A DNA stretch of 62,000 bases, taken from positions 38,274,001 through 38,336,000 of the forward strand of contig OX597823.1 in NCBI GenBank assembly GCA_951406725.2. The letters run 5' to 3'. Within the stretch, counting starts at the first letter, position 1. Each line of letters opens with the position of its first letter. Origin of the DNA: Octopus vulgaris (lineage: Eukaryota). The notes beneath the pieces are model-generated. The model was not told where the DNA came from, did no database searches, and saw only the letters and a list, made by a program, of their open reading frames with translations. This document shows, in pieces, positions 25,661 to 38,149 of this stretch. The position numbers and the translations under genes were made by a program.

Positions 25661-26120
25661 CTTCATGACATTCATTTTACAGGATTCTGGTTCTGCCAGT
25701 TTATTTTACCTTTCCTTTCCTTTTCTTAGACATTTGGTGTGATTTGTCATATGCTCTCAGTTTTCTGAATTTTTTTTTTTTTTGATAGGGAAGAGTCTTA
25801 ACAAATATTTTTTAATCTTATCAGTGATGCTTTTTATTTTATGACCCAGAATCAACCATGCCCGACAGAACAGCAGTTGATGTGTCTGGGAATGAAAATA
25901 AAGTTAAAGTTTAAAAAAAGTCACAATTTTGGTTATGAAATAAATTACAGAGAAAATATCACATTTCATATAAATACCATAAATGATAGAAGAGTTTAGC
26001 TTGTGTATGTTTAGCTTGTCTTTCTTGTCCTAAATTCTATATTCTCTATTAAATTGAGGAGAGAATGTACATCTTCTACACACAGATCTCAGAGTTCTAA
26101 TTAGAGTTAGGGCTTTTACA

Positions 26121-26262
26121 GTTGTTTGGGGAGCTAGGTAAACATCTAATTTAGACAATGGTGCTTAGGGAGCTAGATAAACACTTTTTCCAGACAATGT
26201 TGTTTGGGGAGCTAGATAAACATCCAATACCAGGCAATGGTGTTTAGAGAGTTAGACAAACT
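26121..26262. repeat. 39-40 bp minisatellite, about 3.6 copies
   Basis: Units g(t/g)tg(t/c)tt(g/a)gggagctag(g/a)taaaca...(a/g)caat start at 26121, 26160, 26199 and 26239. Confidence 0.85.
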
Positions 26263-26835
26263 GATATCCTAGATTACACGTAAGTGTACATAAATTATCT
26301 TTAATTCAATTCAATACCCTAAATAAATCAACAAAATTAAAAAGTGTTATAAAATCAATTTATTGATTGAATTTGAATGATTTTTTTTTCCTGTGACACT
26401 TTTCTGCAATTTCTGTAACTTTTATTCTTAGGTCTGATATATATTGTATGATTGTAACAATGCTCATGATCTATTCTTAGTCTCAAATGTTGTTAGATTT
26501 CACAAATATTTCCTTTGTCTGAGCCATTTCATACCTTTGTGCTCTTTTTTTAATTAATGTCACTAATATACTAGGTTTCCTTCAATCAACAATAAATCTC
26601 TACTTACATTCAAAACCATTTTATTTAAATAACAGAAACCATTATTCATTCATTTGGTAGACCCCTAAAATATTGATTTCCCAAATCTCTCTCAATATAA
26701 AATTCTTTGTTTGTCTGTGTCTTCCCTAATCATTCTCAAACAGCTCCACCAAATCAAATTTTATAGGTGTCAACAGGTAATTTTTATTTTCATTTGGATT
26801 TAAACAATATAATATTTTCTCAAAAATGATCTTTC

Positions 26836-27470
26836 TGTAGTAAAGGACATTTTATACCACGATGATGATGACATATATTTCGTATATGAGTGTGTATGTG
26901 TCTGTCAGTGTATGCATGTTTGTTATGTACAAGATAGTAAAGGATGTTTTATACCCTGATGACGACAATAACAACACATTTTGTATATGAGTGTGTATGT
27001 GTCTCTCAATGTGTGTCTATTTGTGCATTCGTTACGTATGACATAGTAATGGGTATTTTATACCACCACCACCACCACCACCACCACCACCACCATGACA
27101 CATTTTGTATATGAGTGTGTATGTGTTTGCTCATTCATTAAGTACAGGATAATAAAGGACATTTTATACCATGACAATATCGATGACACATTTTATATAT
27201 GAGTGTGTATATGTTTGTCAGTGTGTGTGTGTTTGTGTGTTCATTATGTACGACATAGCAAAGGATATTTTATGTCACCACCACCACCACCACCACCACA
27301 CATTTTGTACATGAGTGTATATATGTCTGTGAGTGTGTGTGTTTGCATGTTCATTACATACAATGACATAGTAAAGGACATTTCATACCATGACGACGAC
27401 GATGACACATTCTGTATATGAATGTGTGCGTGTCTGTGAGTGTGTGTGTTTGCACATTTGTTACATAAAT
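26836..27470. repeat. ~100-110 bp minisatellite, 6 copies, each with a variable trinucleotide slot
   Basis: The anchor tagtaaagga...tatacc recurs at about 26838, 26935, 27043, 27150, 27256 and 27368. Confidence 0.85.
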
Positions 27471-27584
27471 GTATGTCTGTGTGTGTCTGTCTTACTATAT
27501 GCATGTGAGTGTATGTGAGAGTGCATGTGTGTGTCAGTGTATGTGAGAGTGTATGTGTGTGTCAGTGTATGTGTGATTGTCAAT

Positions 27585-28350
27585 TACACTGATGTAAGCT
27601 GGCTATGTGAAAGAGCTATACTGGCTCCAACTAATGAAATGGTTGATAAGCTCAATCACGAACTTCAAAAGTTAACAGACACTTCAGAAATTACTTTTCC
27701 ATCAATTCACACAATAGTCAATCAAAATTAGACTGTTGAAGACCCTGTTGAATTTCTGGACACACTTAAACCCACTGAGCTGCCACCACATAACTTGGCA
27801 CTAAACTGGATGCTCCCATTATATTGCTTAGGAATCTTGACCCACCTTGCCTGTGTAATGGAACTCACATAATTGTTACTTCCATGTCCAACAGGCAACA
27901 ATCATAACAGGTAATCACAAAGAAGAAAATGTATTTATTCCAAAATTTCCTCTTATACCCATTTAAGAGGCTTCAGCTTCCAGTCAAACTAAGTTTTGGT
28001 ATTTCAATTAACAAATCTCAGGGTCAATCCCTCAAGGTAGTTGGACTTCATCTCTCTACTACATGCTTCTCCCATAGTTGCTCATGATTTGGAAGCAGCA
28101 ACAGTTTATTCATTTCGATACCAACAAAAAATTACACAATGAATATTGTTCATCTGAGGTGCTTCAAGATTGACAGACTTTCAATTCTAAATCCTATTAT
28201 CATTACAATTTAGATATTTTAAAATAATTTTTTAAATAAAATATAGATATTTTGAAATGATGATGAGAAAAGTATATCTTCATATTTATTGTTCACCAAT
28301 CTGAATAAGAACAGCAGTAACCCAGGCAATGTCAGGTAATTCAGGAAATC
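27585..28350 (+). mobile_element. Helitron remnant (PIF1-like helicase C-terminus and decayed 3' hairpin)
   Basis: Motifs WLCERAILAPTNEMVDKLN, PVEFLDTL..LPPHNL, LLRNLDPP.LCNGT, FKRLQLPVKLSFGISINKSQGQSLKVVGL. acccaggcaatgtcaggt near 28322 resembles a Helitron 3' hairpin. Confidence 0.88.
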
Positions 28351-28402
28351 ATAAATTTTCTTATCTCAGTTACTATCTTTAATCTATACCCTATTTTATA
28401 TG

Positions 28403-28942
28403 ATAACATATCTATTCATTCTCAATATGTTCTGACAGATTCAAACAAGAATAACTTGATTGCTGTTATTTTCATCATTGGAAAACATCTCCATTTAGAT
28501 GATGTCTTTTCAAAACTATGTGTGATTCACTATTATAATGGAAATTTGGGATGCCACTGTGTTTCAACCTTATTGTGTGTCTCCTCAGTCAAAGGTACTC
28601 CACTCGACCAATGAATCTGACAAGAGTACAGGTCTCTTGTTTATAGAAATCAACAAACAAGTTTGCTTCAGCAAAGAATTTGTTCGCTGATTCCTTTAAA
28701 CAAGAGCTTATACTCATCTGGTTCATTGATTTGGGGATAGCTTTTGACTGAGGAGACACAAAATATGGCTGAAGCACTAGTGTCTCAAACTCCACAAACA
28801 GTGGTGAATCACATATGTTATGAACACACATTATATAAAGGGAGGAGATGTTACCTAATGACAAAAAAAATTAAGATGTTAGCAATCAGATATTTACCAT
28901 TTGAATTTTTCAGGACATGTTGAGAATGAATAAATATATTAT
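28403..28942. repeat. ~540 bp imperfect palindrome (fold-back)
   Basis: Centre tttgct-tc-agcaaa at 28662-28675. Arms align outward, e.g. tgtgtctcctcagtcaaa / tttgactgaggagacaca and tattcattctcaa / ttgagaatgaata. Confidence 0.88.
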
Positions 28943-29399
28943 TGCAGAGTTCTGTGTGCTCCTTGTCAACTATTTTATATGATGCCTTAGAAGCAAGGTC
29001 TTTTCCTGTTTTACCTCAGAGGTTCATTCCTTAGAATGGATGCAATATAGGCAAATAGCCAAAAAGTTCATTTTGCAATCATGAGATTAGGGGTTTAATC
29101 CCACTGAGTAGCACCTTTGGCAAGTGTTTTACCTGGGTCAAAGAAAACCTTGTGAGTGAAAGTAGGTTGATGAAAACTATATTAAACCCCAAAGAAGTGA
29201 TTGTAAATATAATTCAAAGGTACATATTTGTCATACACTGATTCTGTCTAAGGAAAATGTTAAGTGTACATGGATCCATGGAACATTTAGCTAATCCAAT
29301 GAACAAATGAATCAGTTGAGCAAACAAGTGAAATCTCATTGTTGGAACCAATGCTGAACGATTTTGCACATTTCTACACATTTTAGTTCTAGAAATGGT

Positions 29400-29627
29400 T
29401 TAACCCTTTAGTGTTTAAACCGGCCATATCCAGCCCAAATATTCTACATGTTTTATATTCAAACTGGTGATATCTAACCGCTCACACCTAACCTACATTG
29501 ACATTCTAAAAATAAACAATCACATCATTGAAACCCCAAAGCTATCAGATAATGCTTGATTAATTCAAAACAATTTGAGTGAAAAAGCATTACATTTAAC
29601 AGAGTAATCTGAATACTAAAGGGTTAA
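29400..29627 (+). mobile_element. piggyBac-type MITE
   Basis: TTAA-CCCTTTAG...CTAAAGGG-TTAA ends; about 228 bp. Confidence 0.85.
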
Positions 29628-30235
29628 AGCTCACACACAACAATATAGCAGACAGAACATGAATTTGTCCTCACTAGTTTGATGTAAAACTCCATAATGA
29701 TATTTAAAATGTCTTAGTTGTTTAATCAATTTGATACCAGCCTCATTAGTACCGTCTCTGGTTTTATGATAAAAACTTCCTGTTTTAAAGTCATCTCAGT
29801 TAAAACCTTCCATGAAAATTTCATACTATGCCTCAAGCACTAGTTTGCTAATGACAAAGTTATCTAATTAAATTCTTCATTAATTAAAAAAAGTAATTTC
29901 CATAGAACTATTGTAACAAAAGGGTTAATTCACTGCACCAAAACAAAAATTAGTCATAAGACACCTACTTCTGGTATCTACTGAACATCTATATCTAACA
30001 CAGACAATATGATTTGTGTCTGACTTATTTCGATACTTAATTCATATCTTATTTGTTTTTATTTCATTTTATATGCAGTTTCTGCATCAAATTGATTAAA
30101 TACTTGGCAACAACTAACTGGATGGGCTGGAACAGTTTAAAACATCTTTTCTGTAATGTTTTCATATTTGGACATAAAAAACGACTGCTTTGACTCTAAC
30201 ATGTCTAAAGGAGGGTGTGGAGGCAAATTACATAT

Positions 30236-30276
<41 letters not shown>

Positions 30277-30299
30277 GAATGTTTGGGATAAATTTGAGG

Positions 30300-31275
30300 A
30301 GTTTTTTATGTCTCCTTTTTTCAGAAATAGCTTCATGTATTGGTGAGTAGTCAATGGTGTTGGAGAGCATAACGCCTAAAGTTGTAGTCGAGAAAAAGTT
30401 AGCTGACTTAAAGGACTGGAAGACATTTGAATATTGGGAAAGAGTTACTTGTATCATAATGCTGGCATTATGACTGTTGCTCAATGTTCTGTATACGCTG
30501 TAAGATGTGACATGGACATCATGAAAACTGTAACAGTCACTGTGTGTCTCTAGTGAGAGTGATAGCATGCTGTCCCACATCTTTGAACAGCTCAGTTTAG
30601 GCAAGTATATGATATCTGCTGGAGACTGTGTGCAATGCCTTGTTGAACAGGATTGCTGCTAGAAGGCCATAAATGTGGCAGCAGGATCTGGTTTCTTATT
30701 TCTTTACTGCTCACAAGGGGCTGCACACAGAGGGGACAAACAGGAACAGACAAATGGATTAAGACGATTATATCGACCCCAGTGTGTAACTGGTACTTAT
30801 TTAATCGACCCCAAAAGGATGAAAGGTAAAGTCTATCCGGGCGGAATTTGAACTCAGAACGTAGCGGCAGACGAAATACTGCTAAGCATTTCGCCCAACA
30901 TGCTAACGTTTTTGTCAGCTTGCTGCCTTGGATTGCTGCTAGAAGGCCATATATGTGGCAGCAGGATCTGGTTTCTTGCTCTACCTTTGGAAATAGTCAA
31001 AGTGGTTGTTAGAAAATTTCTATGACTTCAATAGCTCCAATTTCTGGCTTCCTAATTCCCTTGATTGTAATCCCATGGAATACTATGTGTTAGATGCAAT
31101 TTGAGAAAGACACCAACTGCTCTACTTACAGCACCAAGGCTGAGCTGGTAGCCAAGATCAAGGAAGTGCTTCAAGTTCTTCTTAGGAATGCAGTGAAGAA
31201 TGCCTGCACTAGGTTTGGAGCCATCTTGAGGACGTGGTGGAAACTGAGGGTGGCTACATTGAGTAAACTGTTATC
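30300..31275 (+). mobile_element. Tc1/mariner superfamily DD37D (maT)-like transposase remnant
   Basis: RIAARRPYMWQQD..SC, WLLENFYDFNSSNFWLPNSLDCNPMEYYV...TKAELVAKIKEV...NAC.RF. Confidence 0.75.
30698..30929 (-). mobile_element. SINE family C flanked by a 48-bp direct duplication
   Basis: 30650-30697 and 30930-30977 are identical except for one base. Confidence 0.9.
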
Positions 31276-31596
31276 TTCCTGCCATAACCTTGAATAAAGT
31301 GGCATAAGATTGTCAATAAAGTTGTATAGGATTGTCAACCTTTGGATTAGAATGTGTACTACAACTGGTTTAATAATAATTGACTAAATGCATCAGAATA
31401 TGATATTAAAGGACCCAGCAGAAACATGTGTTGAAATATAATATGAAAAAAATTTAATTTTTTTAAAGTGAATTTTAAAGATGTGTAGCTCTCTATTCTT
31501 CATTATTATTGTCTTGATATAAGACAGTGAGTGAGTAGAATCGTTAGCATGCCAGGCAAAATGCTTAGTGGCATTTCAGTATATATATATATATAT

Positions 31597-31926
31597 AAAC
31601 CATCTTCTGCAAGTTCTTTCATTCAAGCATTCTTTCCCATAAACTGAGTATATGTTTTGAGTCGCTTCAGCTGCAGAGTTTCCTTTTTTGTACTCATAAA
31701 GCATTATGTACCTCAAATGCTCTTTGGATACTTTCATGTTAGAAAGGGTTTTATTCAAAGACATTTTAATTCTATTATTCTGTAAAATAATATTTCATTA
31801 ATTTAAATGTACACAAATGCATAAAAATAATTTTTAATTCCATTAGACATTCTAAAATACTATTAAATTTCATTCAATTTTTAAAAAAGGTAAAATCAGA
31901 CAGAAGTTATGGGATGACCTGATATA
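31597..31926 (-). mobile_element. Mariner family B 5' fragment
   Basis: TIR ttatgggatgacctgata. Translates KEHLRYIMLYEYKKGNSAAEATQN...RRWF and is then cut by (TA)n. Confidence 0.92.
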
Positions 31927-32199
31927 TAGAGAGAGATACATTGGTGGCAAAATATAAAGTTATTATTTCTTGAAGCATATTATATTTTTTCTATTATAAT
32001 TTATAGAAAACTTTTTCTTTGGGACATAGATTCTGAAAGCCTAACTTGTTTCTCTCGAGGATGCAACGTTTCAGAGTTTTTCTGGGGTAAACTCATGTAC
32101 GTAACTACATACATTTGCATTTATATAGTAGAATATAGCCACACACATACTCATACATACACGTTTGTGTTTGCGTGTGTGTGTGTGTATGCACATATA

Positions 32200-32526
32200 G
32201 GGGTCACACCTTTGGTCATGAATGACCATGGAACAGCACCTAGAAAGTAACCCTCTGAGGCACAGGTCCGAGCAAGATTGTTTATGGAAGACCAGTGGTC
32301 AGTTATGCATACCAGCCTCTCCACTCCATGCCACCGATGTTATCCAAGGGAAAGGCAAAGGCCAATATAGCTTGGCACCAGTGATGTCACAACTCATTTC
32401 TATGGCTGAGTGAACTGGAGCAACATGAAATAAAGTGTCTTGCTCAAGAACACAACATGCAGCATGACCTGGGAATCAAACTCACAACCTCACAATCGTA
32501 AGCTCGAAGCTATAACCACTGAACCA

Positions 32527-32530
<4 letters not shown>
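32200..32530 (-). mobile_element. tRNA-derived CORE-like SINE related to family B, with a different tail
   Basis: Shares gagtgaactggagcaacatgaaataaagtgtcttgctcaag with the 15314 copy. Confidence 0.75.
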
Positions 32531-32568
<38 letters not shown>

Positions 32569-32684
32569 TCCACCTATCCATCCAGCTGTACATACATACA
32601 TACATACACACATGCATACATACATACATACATACATACATACATACATACATACATACATACATACATAAACATATATATATA

Positions 32685-33082
32685 TCATCATCATCATCAT
32701 CATCATCATCATCGTTTAACGTCCGTTTTCCGCGCTAGCACGGGTTGGACGGTTCGACCGGGGTCTGGGAAGCCAGAGGCTGCACCAGGCTCCAGTCTGA
32801 TCTGGCAGAGTTTCTACAGCTGGATGCCCTTCCAAACGCCAACCACTCCATGAGTGTAGTGGGTGCTTTTTACGTGCCACCTGCACAGGTGCCAGGGGGG
32901 TCCGGCATCGGCCACAATCGGTTGGAACTTTTAACGTGCTACCGGCACGGAAGCCAGCCAAGGCGGTGCTGGCAACGGCCACGTTTGGATGGTGCTTTTT
33001 ATGTGCCACCAGCACAGAAGCCAGTCGGGGCGGTGCTGGCATCGGCCACATTCGGATGGTGCTTTTTATGTGCTACCGGCAC
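32685..33082 (-). mobile_element. Young RTE 3' end with internal tandem repeats
   Basis: (CAT)n then cgtttaacgtccgttttcc...; repeated ggtgctttt(t)a(c/t)gtgccacc; CpGs intact. Reverse complement of 59398-59597. Confidence 0.88.
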
Positions 33083-33168
33083 ATATATATATACACACAC
33101 ACATACATAGAGAGATAGAGGAATGGAGAGTCAAGCTTTCAAATGTTTAAATTCAATACATGTATTTA

Positions 33169-33207
<39 letters not shown>

Positions 33208-33869
33208 TAGATATGTTGTAAAGACATTTCATAGAGATAAAACAACAGTTTAGCTCATACAAAAATGTGAAAAATGTGTCTATTTTTTAAGGAAAGATCA
33301 ATCACAAATGTTGTTTGTTATGAAAATAATGGAAAAGCTCTCAAGGGAAACTTCAACAACAAATAGCTGCATCATTATGTACATGTCATTCTGCATAGGT
33401 GAGTTATTGTGAGAAGTATAGAGTTCTTTTCATAGTCAAACAATTCTACAATTCATGCAGACACACACATATCCACAAAAAAAAAATGGTTTGAAAAATA
33501 TATAAAATCCAAACACACCACACCCAAAACATGGCACTGCATTAGTAACAGAGCTAAGTGCATACACAGAGTGATATATTTCTATTTTTATAGAAATACG
33601 GGTTTTTTCTCTCAGACAATGTTGAAAGCTGCTTAGCATAGGTCAAAGACTGATGGTTAGATTTGTTTTGTAATGAAAGTTAGCAAGATTTTAAGATATT
33701 CCCTAAATACATCAACTGGCACTTGACTCTTGAAGCTGAAATTTTAGATTATAACATCTTAATAAATACCCTGGCACAGATATCGAATATTCTCCTTCTT
33801 ATCTACTATATTACCACAATTATACATATATATCTTTTATCTTTTGTCTTTATATATATATAATTTTTT

Positions 33870-34262
33870 GTCTTTTATCTGTTTCAATTATTAGATTGAG
33901 GTCATGCTGGGGCACTACCTTGAAGAATTTTTAGTCGAATGGATTGACCTCAGTACTTATTTTTAAGTCTGGTACTTATTCTATTGTCTCTTTTTGTCGA
34001 ACTGCAAAGTTACAGGGATGTAAATAAACCAAGCGGTGATGGGGGACAAACACAGACACAAAGACACTTCCCCCACACACATACACACAACCACACACAT
34101 ATGATGGGCTTCTTTCAGTTTCTGTCCACCAAATCCAGTCACAAGGCTTTGGTTGGTCTGAGACTATAGTAGAAGACACTTGCCCAAGGTGCCTCACCAC
34201 TGGACTGAACCTGGAACCATGTGGTTGGGAAGCAATGATTCTAATTACACATCCATGCCTAG
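33870..34262 (-). mobile_element. SINE family A
   Basis: Reverse-complement collinear with the 3895 and 12315 copies. Confidence 0.85.
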
Positions 34263-34419
34263 ACCTATATAAATATACATATGCATACACACACACACAC
34301 ACAGATACACATATATATTCTCTTTCATTTAGTTCTCCATTAGTTTTGTCCAGAAGCTGTGGCCATGCTGGGGCATTGCCATCAGCATTAATGCTTGTTT
34401 ATTTTGGCCTTTTTTTCCG

Positions 34420-34775
34420 GACCTAGCTCTGGAATTGGCCCTGAAGTAGTGATCTGGACAGAGCTGCCCATCTTTACATTTCTTGCTGTGATAGGGGTTT
34501 TTGAGGTATCTCAAAAAAGAATTTGTCTAAATGTTCTATGAACACATCCTGTCTATTTCTTGTATATCTCTGAGGTCTTTTAGTATTGAAAAGTTGCAGT
34601 CCTTTGAACTGTAAGCTGTTAGAATATATGCTGGATTGAGAGGGTGAGATTTTTGGTACTATGCAGTGACATCCAGTCTGGTTATTGGTATAGATTTCAA
34701 TTCCAAAGTTGGATGCTACACCTTGTAGGACCTTCCGTGGATATATAACTGCATATCTTTCACTTTCTATTTCTA
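34420..34775 (-). mobile_element. Decayed 3' fragment of the CR1-like LINE
   Basis: Reverse complement aligns with 61640-61930 (YAVIY..K.L.G..NFGIE.YTN.RTG.HCIVPKI...NSL.FKG.QLFN). Confidence 0.75.
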
Positions 34776-35279
34776 GGGAGTAGAACCTCAGTCCTTTTAG
34801 CCTGCTCCAAGTAACTCACCTGTTGCCACAAGGCAATCTTCTTGGTGTTGTGGCATTGATTGCCTTAAGTTCTGCTTCTGAAGTTAGGTTAATGCTTACA
34901 CCACCACACCCACCATCATCATTTAATGTCCTTTTTCCATGCTGGCATGAGTTGCATGATTTGTCAGGAGCTGGCAAGTGGGCCACCCTTCCTAACACCA
35001 ACCACTTTACAGAGTATACTGGGTACTTTTAACATGGCATCAGCACCAGTATCGGTTCTGCTGTGGTAAATGGGTCTTCTTGAGTACAGCAACTTACTAG
35101 GTATCTTGGTCCTTTGCCATCTTCATAAGGCTCAGTGTCTTGAGATTGGCCTTCAGTACTTTATCCCATATCTTCCTGGGTCCCTTCTTTCACAAGTTCC
35201 ATCTTTCACAAGTTCCACTTTAAGTGATAAAGTCTTCTGTATGCAACTGCTTACATCCATACGCATCCTTTATTGCTGA

Positions 35280-36240
35280 GCATTTTCTCTCAGATATCCA
35301 GTTCTTGGGTGCAGTCTGTCTAAGAGTGTCTTAATTTCAAGGCTGCTCTATCAAATCAATTCTGGTACTTATAGTGAAGCAGGATATGCATGCAACTTGA
35401 GGTCCCTCTAATATGCCTCACTATTTTGTGATATTTAGTGGCATCTAAGAGCTAACATCATTGGTGATCCTCAATTTTCAATCACATGATATTTATACAT
35501 TTGAGAACTCTAATATTTTGATGTTATTTTGAAAAATACTTTCTGAAATTTTGAAAGATACTTTCTGTCCAACAGACAACAGGTGGTATGGAATAAACAA
35601 GTGAGAGCAAAATCTCCTTTCTAACATATTTTCTGGTGTTTATGAAACTAATTAAATATAAGTCTATGGGTCCAATATGCATCCAAGTTGTTTCATGATT
35701 ATTCATTTGTTGGAAAAATGAGTTTGTAACAGAAAAGTCAAGTTCATTATAAAAAGACAGCAGATGCTGTACATTGTTAATCAATCTAACCACACCATGT
35801 TTGCCAATCACATCAGACTGATTCTCATAACTAGAACCTAGTTTAATACAGAGGTATTAAAGCCACCAAGCAGTAGGAACTTTGTTATTAGGTGGGTTTT
35901 TTTTTTGTGTATGTGTGAAACGACAAACAGTAAACTACCATTAAAAAAATGTCTACATTGAATAAACTGAGTTTTCCACCCTCAGATCTAACTTCTATGT
36001 CACAATAAATAACTTTTATGTCACAATAAATTTTCTACCTCACCTTATCCAGTAGAACATGTAGATTTCTAGTATTTCTCCTTCTTTGACTGCCAAGAAA
36101 ACAAGTTTCACTGAGAGCAGCATTATTAATACTATATTTGATTAAGACTTGTGAGACAAGAGTCTTCTTCCTCTCAAACCAGAAAGCATCATCTTAAAGA
36201 GTTGGCATATTCCAAGACCCAACATTCAATTGCTTCTAGC
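35280..36240 (-). mobile_element. RTE-type LINE APE-endonuclease remnant
   Basis: NVGSWNMPTL...NAALSET and IGKHGV...LLSFYNELDFSVTNSFFQQMNNHETTWMH. Confidence 0.82.
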
Positions 36241-36264
36241 AGTTTACTTAGAATCTTTTAGAGT

Positions 36265-36490
36265 ATTTCATCATCGTCGTTATTGCTGTCGCTGTCATCG
36301 TTGTTGTCACTATCACCATCACTGTTGGTGATGGCAGTACTGTCACTGTTGCTGTTGCTTGTCGCTATTGCTGTTGCCATTGTTATCACCGTTGCTATTG
36401 CTATTGCTGTCGCCATCTCTATTGCTGTTGCCACTGCTACCCCCTCTGCTGCTGCCTTTGCTGCTCTTGTCATCGTCATCATCATCATCA
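36265..36490. repeat. (GCT/GTT/CAT)n degenerate trinucleotide tract
   Basis: Directly visible. Confidence 0.9.
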
Positions 36491-36491
36491 T

Positions 36492-36720
36492 TTAACCCTT
36501 TAGCATTTAAACCGGCCATATCCGGGCAAAAGTATTCTACCTGTTTTATGTTCAAACTTACCAGATCTGGTCTCTCACACCAACCCTACAATATCGTTTT
36601 AAAAATTAACAGCTACCTCATCAAAATCTCATAGCTACAAGATAATGCATGATTAATTCAAAACAATGTGGATAAAAAAGCATTAGTTCTGGCAGAATAA
36701 TGTGAACACTAAAGGGTTAA
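36492..36720 (+). mobile_element. piggyBac-type MITE (same family as 29400)
   Basis: TTAACCCTTTAG...CTAAAGGGTTAA. Confidence 0.87.
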
Positions 36721-37361
36721 AGTCTGCTTTTCATGCTGGCATGGGTAGGATGGTTCAACAGGATCTAGTGAACTAAAGGACTGCATCAAGCTCCCATGTC
36801 TGCTTTGGTATTTCAACTGCGGGATGCCCTTTCTAACATCAACTGCTTTACAGTGTATATCAGTGTATGTATGTCAGGGTAGTGGATGCGCGGTCATAGG
36901 ATCGTGGTTTTGATTCCAGGCATTGTGAGTGTTTATTGAGCAAAAAGACCTAAAGCTCCATGCATGTGTGTGTGTGTATACAGTAAGATAATAAAATGGT
37001 TAGAATGCAGCAGCAAGAATTTTGGAGAAAGTGTAATTTGAGAAGATGTAATTGATGTTGTTGTTGTTGTTAAGCAACAAGATGGGTAAGGGTGATTAGG
37101 TGATGGTCTAGGGCTTAGGGGCGGGAGACCCCAGACCTTGGAAAAAAAACTTTGGTTGTCTTGTTGTAGTTGAGGGGGCTCTTTGTTGACACCCGACATC
37201 ACTGGGAGGTGTCCCTCGAAGTTGCTAGAAATGGAGATCTCCAGGTCCAAATTCTTGAACGGCAGATGTAATTGATGGAGCACAATGTCTCATGTGCAAG
37301 CTTTCTACGTATGTATCTATCTTTCTATCTATCTATCTATACACATACATACATATATATT

Positions 37362-37845
<484 letters not shown>

Positions 37846-38149
37846 TATACAGTAGGTACAAATGAAAGAAAATTGCTCTCAACACATGGGAATTAAAAGT
37901 AGTTATTTGCAGGTTGACTTTACTCCTCATTATTTAGAGTTTCATAGACACAGATCAATACTGAAGCTCTCAGATGCTTAACGACAAGGTGAGAATATAT
38001 AAAAATGGCTTCTAAATGGGAATAAATAGGGTCCAACACAGATCACTCTAGCTTATGTGAATAAATCGGCAATACAGCAACAGATAATCCTGTTTGTGGT
38101 TCCATGTGATAGGGAGAACAGTCTAATAATGCCAACCACTTGACAACCT

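Noticed and set aside
26836-27470. CRISPR-like repeat/spacer appearance
   Set aside because: The context is eukaryotic, the repeats are degenerate, the 'spacers' are simple trinucleotide runs, and there are no cas genes.
32030-32110. Possible minus-strand HHR relic sharing the 'gctttcagaat' tail with the 16.6-kb element
   Set aside because: The CUGAUGA core is absent and helix III and the cleavage site are disrupted; too degenerate to call.
36040-36240. Strong minus-strand donor AAG|gtgagg suggesting a host exon
   Set aside because: The upstream sequence is the decayed RTE endonuclease N-terminus.
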